The notes below the pieces were generated by a model. The model was not told the origin of the DNA and ran no database searches. It was given only the letters and a program-made list of their open reading frames with translations. Below are positions 16,661-18,488 of a stretch of 18,488 nucleotides of DNA, piece by piece (position 1 is the stretch's first letter; the number at the start of each line of letters is the position of its first letter). A program made the translations under genes and the position numbers. Origin of the DNA: Amoeboradix gromovi X-113 (taxonomy: Eukaryota > Fungi > Sanchytriomycota); assembly GCA_018985225.1 (NCBI GenBank), contig JADGIF010000128.1, forward strand, positions 1 to 18,488. Reading direction: 5' to 3'.

Positions 16661-16667
16661 AAGTTTA

Positions 16668-17153
16668 TTAAAACAAATGGTACAAAAATATAAATAAAAT
16701 CATCCCAAATATTCCAGACCATAGAAGTGTTTTGTATTTTTTGTAGTAAGTGCTTTTTCGTATAGAATAACTGATCATTTGCATGTTTCTCATTCCTTTT
16801 TTTAGCTTTTTTATTGAACTCCTCAACATTTGATTGTCTTGTATTACTTGAGCTCGAGTTTCCACTGCCTGCTGTAATAACATGTCAATCTGTGTATGTT
16901 CGTCAGGATCTCTATGGTTGAAGTTCTCTTTTAAACTGTTTCTATGAGAAGGAGAATGCAATGGGCTTAACAGTTGCAATCTTTGGTATTGAGAAAACAA
17001 GTCATCATAAATAGATAAATGGCGCTGATATTGCGTTCCATTCAGCTCGTGCAATTTGCTTCTTAGTTGATCTAATTTTTTTTGAATGTCTTCCTCAACA
17101 TCTGCAGAATAGGAGTTTAGTTGCTTTTGAATTTCTGACTCTAGATGAAGCAT
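16668..17153 (-). CDS. Golgi Qb-SNARE, Gos1/GOSR1-like
   Basis: LESEIQKQLNSYS, QRHLSIYDD, IDMLLQQAVETRAQV, then a basic stretch and a C-terminal TM anchor. Start uncertain. Confidence 0.7.
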   Translation of the reverse strand: MLHLESEIQKQLNSYSADVEEDIQKKLDQLRSKLHELNGTQYQRHLSIYDDLFSQYQRLQLLSPLHSPSHRNSLKENFNHRDPDEHTQIDMLLQQAVETRAQVIQDNQMLRSSIKKLKKGMRNMQMISYSIRKSTYYKKYKTLLWSGIFGMILFIFLYHLF

Positions 17154-17616
17154 TGAGATAGTTTCAAAATTAAAAACTGTTATTTGATAAATTATGGCTA
17201 TCGACTTCAATTGAACATACACTTTATCAGGATTATATGACTTTTATTGTGCCAATAATTGCTTTTGTAGATACCTCTAACAGCATAAAAATTAGATATT
17301 CTTTTTCTCATCGATTGATTTGGGTCAACTTCTAAAGAAATCGCTAATAAATACTTGATGCATGCTCCGAGAAAGGAAAGATATGATGCTTTTACAACAA
17401 TTTCTCGCTTGAGATAACAACAGCAAATTTATTTCATATTGTTTAGTACACAAACATCCTTCTTCTGTAGTCTATCTTAGTTTAGTAAATCATTTGTAGT
17501 GATTAAAAGAATCCTAACTCTCTAATTAATCATGTTTCTGCATTTGCATATGTTTTACAGCTCGTCCTACTTTCTTAACTTCAATCCCAGTCTTTTTCAG
17601 TTCTTTGTGGATATTC

Positions 17617-18262
17617 TCAATTCTCTTGGAAATCGGGTCTTTTAATGAGGAGCACAACTACATAAGATCAATCAACTAAATTTACTAAGACATTTGCAAA
17701 CCCAATTGTGTATCGCATTATTTTCCTCGGCGCCAAAATCGCTTTTAAGAATACCTAGCAAAACCTTTGCATCATTAGTGAAGTAATCATCAATGCTAGA
17801 ATGATATATTATATGCAAATATGCGGGTTTTAAGTACTTTGAACGATTGTAGGCGTATATGACATCTTGCATTCCAAATCGATCCATCCTCTTTAAAAGA
17901 ATTACCGTGAAGTTGTTATTCAGATCTTTGTCATAGCCCAGCTGGCATTGGTATGGGTCAGTCCATTCTTGCTCGATATCCGCAATTTTTAAACTGTAAA
18001 AATTAATATAGGTTAAGTGGGTGGCCAAAAGTTCCTGGACTTCCAACAAATCTTCTCTCTGCTTGATTCTAACTAATATGTTTATGATAGGAAGCTGCAA
18101 ATCTGAACAATATTCATAAAAATTAGCGATAAATTCAGTCAACAATTTACTCTGGAGTGCTATCTCTTCATCAACTTTTAAGTCAAGATTCTGGTAATCA
18201 TCAAAAAGAGATTTTATCTCGAAATCTTCAAGGTGGAGAAGAAGCCTACAATCCTTGAGCAT
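17617..18262 (-). CDS. Probable SPIN90/Ldb17/Dip1-like protein; tentative join(18262..17686,17657..17617)
   Basis: YFTNDAKVLLGILK resembles the FYTNDLxVLxDI signature, and VIYAYNR resembles LLLLNR. A candidate 28-nt intron GTAAAT...ATGTAG at 17685-17658 extends the protein by IVLLIKRPDFQEN. The unspliced ORF is 17672-18262. Confidence 0.5.
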
Positions 18263-18315
18263 TAACTTGGAACTTGCGGGGGAAACTAAGTTTTATTCAC
18301 TTTTTGACTGCTGGT

Positions 18316-18488
18316 GGGACACCAAATATAAAAACTAGACTAACTCGTTTTTAAAGGTGCTCCATACGCAGGAAATGCTATCATTAATAAAAGATCTTTT
18401 ATTATACCAATTTTCTTTCATTAATTGTATTCCTCTTTTCAAAATAAAACTAGAAGATCCTGCATCTCGTTCAAATAGTGAAGGTCTT
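18316..18488. mobile_element. Terminus of another member of the GGGAC-TIR transposon family, running off the right edge of the window
   Basis: 18316-18352 is the reverse complement of 2237-2273 with 1 mismatch in 37 nt. The internal sequence beyond the TIR differs from the 295-bp copy. Confidence 0.75.

Overview
AT-rich, very gene-dense eukaryotic DNA in the standard code. By inference from gene content it comes from a compact-genome, fungus-like opisthokont; it is not bacterial. Recognisable genes are a PAQR/IZH membrane protein, a Get4-like protein, a renalase-type FAD oxidoreductase, a RING-CH E3 ligase, a small Gly/Tyr/Trp-rich peptide, an ABCG half-transporter with a Cys-rich ectodomain, a GTPBP1/2 GTPase, glutaminyl cyclase, a C2H2 zinc finger, HAAO, a Gos1-like SNARE and a probable SPIN90/Ldb17-like protein. 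Five features lie largely outside the ORF track. (1) At ~11084-11560 (-) is an internally deleted IS607-type element: a TnpA N-terminal HTH fragment is fused to the zinc-ribbon/RuvC-III tail of a TnpB/Fanzor2, followed by a structured omegaRNA-like right end. A second TnpA remnant lies at ~15663-15785. (2) A 19-nt GT-AG intron is needed to complete the GTPBP C-terminus. (3) A pair of 205-bp near-perfect inverted repeats encloses the Gly-rich peptide gene. (4) A 295-bp MITE has 30-bp TIRs and an ATTT TSD, and a third TIR copy lies at 18316; both insertions end ~50 bp upstream of an ATG. (5) There is a decayed Crinkler-type NTPase+REase pseudogene. All calls come from reading motifs by eye; no searches were run.
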